Of a DNA stretch of 64,000 nt, positions 61,982-64,000 are shown piece after piece. Source of the DNA: Chiloscyllium plagiosum (Eukaryota). Within the stretch, counting starts at the first letter, position 1; every line of letters begins with the position of its first letter. Made by a program: the position numbers and the translations under genes. The notes below the pieces were generated by a model that saw nothing but the letters and a program-made list of their open reading frames with translations, was not told the DNA's origin and did no database searches. The stretch lies in assembly GCF_004010195.1 (NCBI RefSeq), contig NC_057746.1, positions 2,060,324-2,124,323 on the forward strand, read 5' to 3'.

Positions 61982-62623
61982 TGTTATGGACTAGGCCAGA
62001 CCACACAGAACATTCTTAAGCAGGCAGCCCTAGACCATAACTTTGCAATTTGTTTCGGTCAGTGTACAGTGAAAATTACCCAGGCAAGACAGCTGGGTTG
62101 ACTACTAGATTTTAAAAAAGACAAAAATTTATTCACAAAATTACACAATGAAACACAAAGAACAGAATAAAGAGCCTCTACAGAACTCAACCTATCCAAC
62201 TAGACTGATTTATGCTGTTCCAAGTATACACAACAATCCCAATAAGCAAACTCCCTTTAAAAACCAGTATAAATGGAACACATGCGTACAGGTTGAAGTT
62301 AAAAGGCAGAAAATAGAAAGAATTTCCACACTGTTCCTTGTTGAACTTCCCAGTTCAAGACTGAATTGAAACTGCTCAACCCAGCTAAAGAGCTGACCAC
62401 TCTCTTTTCATTATACAGGTCACTTCTAAAACATGACCACTTTGGCCTGAAGTCTCATCTGTTTACATATAAGCCAAAGGCCTCTCAAAATCCTTTTCAT
62501 CTCTGTACCAAACCGGATTGATCACAGCCCAGTCTGGTTTATTGCCCCTATAAAAAAAATCAAGGACAGAGTCTCCTTGAGCTAAAGAACAGCTCTTAGA
62601 AAAAAGGGACTAGCTTTGTGACA
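61982..62623 (-). repeat. 5' LTR of the Gmr1-like element
   Basis: TGTTATGGACTAGGCCAG...GCTTTGTGACA; about 9 differences from the other LTR in the first ~200 bp by eye. Confidence 0.95.
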
Positions 62624-63039
62624 ACTGTTAGAACTGTATCTAAACAATAGAACTATGCTGAGTGAGTGAAAGCAGAATGGTCCACTAGCAGTACTGATTG
62701 ATCCATTCCAGCTGACAGCAGAGACTTTACCACCATCAAGTCAGGAACCAGACACAAAGACAGCACTGACACCCAAAGTTCAAACTAGCTATCACTTCAA
62801 ATCAAATTAAACTTTCAGGCTGCCAATTCACAGGAAACTCAATCTAATATAACAGAAGCATCATAAGTTATTGTCAGTCATGGGAGAGCTAGATTTTCAT
62901 TGGCATGTCAGTGAGGAAGTTTGAAAGCCAAAAAAGGATCAATTCCATTTTTCACTTGTTTTTCATGGCATACTGGGGACTCAAGGGTTAAACATTCGAC
63001 TGCTAAAAGGACTCTCTGCAGTATGAATTGCATACCTGT

Positions 63040-63142
63040 CCGGATTTCGAAGCTCCTCGGATGCTGCCTGAACTGCTGTGCTCTTCCAGCACCACTCATC
63101 CAGAATCTGGTTTCCAGCATCTGAGTCATTGTTTTTACCTCT
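63040..63142 (+). mobile_element. Penelope-like terminal repeat fragment
   Basis: GCTCCTCGGATGCTGCCTGAACTGCTGTGCTCTTCCAGCACCAC, same family as 1-80. Confidence 0.65.
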
Positions 63143-64000
63143 TACAGAATGAGACAGGACATCTCAGCAGGGGGGAGCTGGCTGACTCTCAGAGAACTGA
63201 TTTCTCTAGAGCCATACATGTGGATCCCACTTGCAGCCTCAGACGCACACAAATGGCAGTTGGCAGGGAATAACTTGACCTTATTCAGGGACTGATATCA
63301 ACCTAATTACAACCAATCGCATAGACCTCCCTCCCTTGTCGTTCTCAACAACACCATCGACTACACCATTTGTTTCAGGCAGGAAGGGAAACCCTCTAAA
63401 GGTACTTATATGGGGACGAGTAAGTGCTGTTTTGCTATCCCCTGGGTTGAACCTATTCACAATTTAACAGAAAATGGCTACTTTGTATTTGATGGTCTGC
63501 TGTCCCAAACAGAATATCAGACTGCCTCTGGAATAACCCTGCTCCTAGGTTGTGGGAGGCACAGTTTCCACCTTAACAGCTTTCAGTGGCACATATTTTA
63601 CTTGCAGGTTGAAAGCCTACCCCGGCTTCCCTCCGATCCATACATGTGGATTCCACTTGCAGCCTCAGACAAAGGTATTTGCCCTCCCTGGACAAGACTG
63701 ATGACCTTGGCCATAACCCTATTAACTGCCTCCTGCTCCCACTATCATGCTTCCCCTTCCTATTAACATAGGTATATGAATCCCACACTGAGAACAATCA
63801 AAGTCCTTCTGTTTAAATCTCTTCCCATCAACACATGATTATGAAGAATACGATAACCAGTCCCTGTAATCCATCCACTAGTTATCACAGGACACCGACA
63901 ATCACCAGGGCTTGTAAAATTACAATTGCCCATCTTAAACAATGTAACGACAATCAACCATGTGACTTATGGACTTTTTGCATTATTCCTATAAAAAGTA

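Larger units (their letters stand above)
56709..62623 (-). mobile_element. Full-length decayed Gmr1-like Ty3/Gypsy LTR retrotransposon
   Basis: Two 642-bp TG...CA LTRs, TSD ACCG/ACTG. Minus-strand order: gag (VKKAILSAYELVPEANRPRFR, SCAN-like; knuckle CFHCNKVGHTKSQC), protease LRDTGS (~60510), integrase (RHFYWPGLHKDVVEFCQMCHTCQ; GPY), RT ([11 protein letters not shown]; YIDD), RNase H (DASDVGVSVVLLQ...YSTVEKE...TDHNPL); many stops and frameshifts. Confidence 0.95.

Noticed and set aside
1-64000. CRISPR arrays or other prokaryotic systems
   Set aside because: The sequence is clearly vertebrate, and periodic repeats are explained by zinc fingers, minisatellites and transposons.

Overview
Repeat-rich vertebrate genomic DNA with three assembly gaps. 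It is most likely from a shark or other cartilaginous fish, judged from HE1-type and SacSINE1/DeuSINE-type SINEs and abundant CR1 and Penelope-like repeats; this is inference, not a database result. The host content is a tandem C2H2 zinc-finger (ZNF) cluster: three intact finger-only ORFs (ZNF-A 9 fingers, ZNF-B 17, ZNF-C 8; no KRAB, SCAN or BTB domain visible) plus decayed copies. The three genes share a near-identical ~300-450 bp 5' module, and ZNF-A and ZNF-B share the same Gypsy pol remnant fused directly behind their finger arrays. ZNF-A and ZNF-B lie head-to-head, and a Tx1-type LINE sits where the first exon of ZNF-A has been deleted. The window also holds a heavily deleted class I (gamma/epsilon-like) endogenous retrovirus that keeps a recognisable env, a full-length decayed Gmr1-like Gypsy (two LTRs, tRNA-Pro PBS, PPT, 4-bp TSD, PR-INT-RT-RH order, SCAN-like capsid), many Penelope-like fragments carrying hammerhead ribozyme cores, and a CpG-rich bidirectional promoter with two opposed ZNF143-type motifs. 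All calls come from by-eye translation and alignment; repeat boundaries are approximate.
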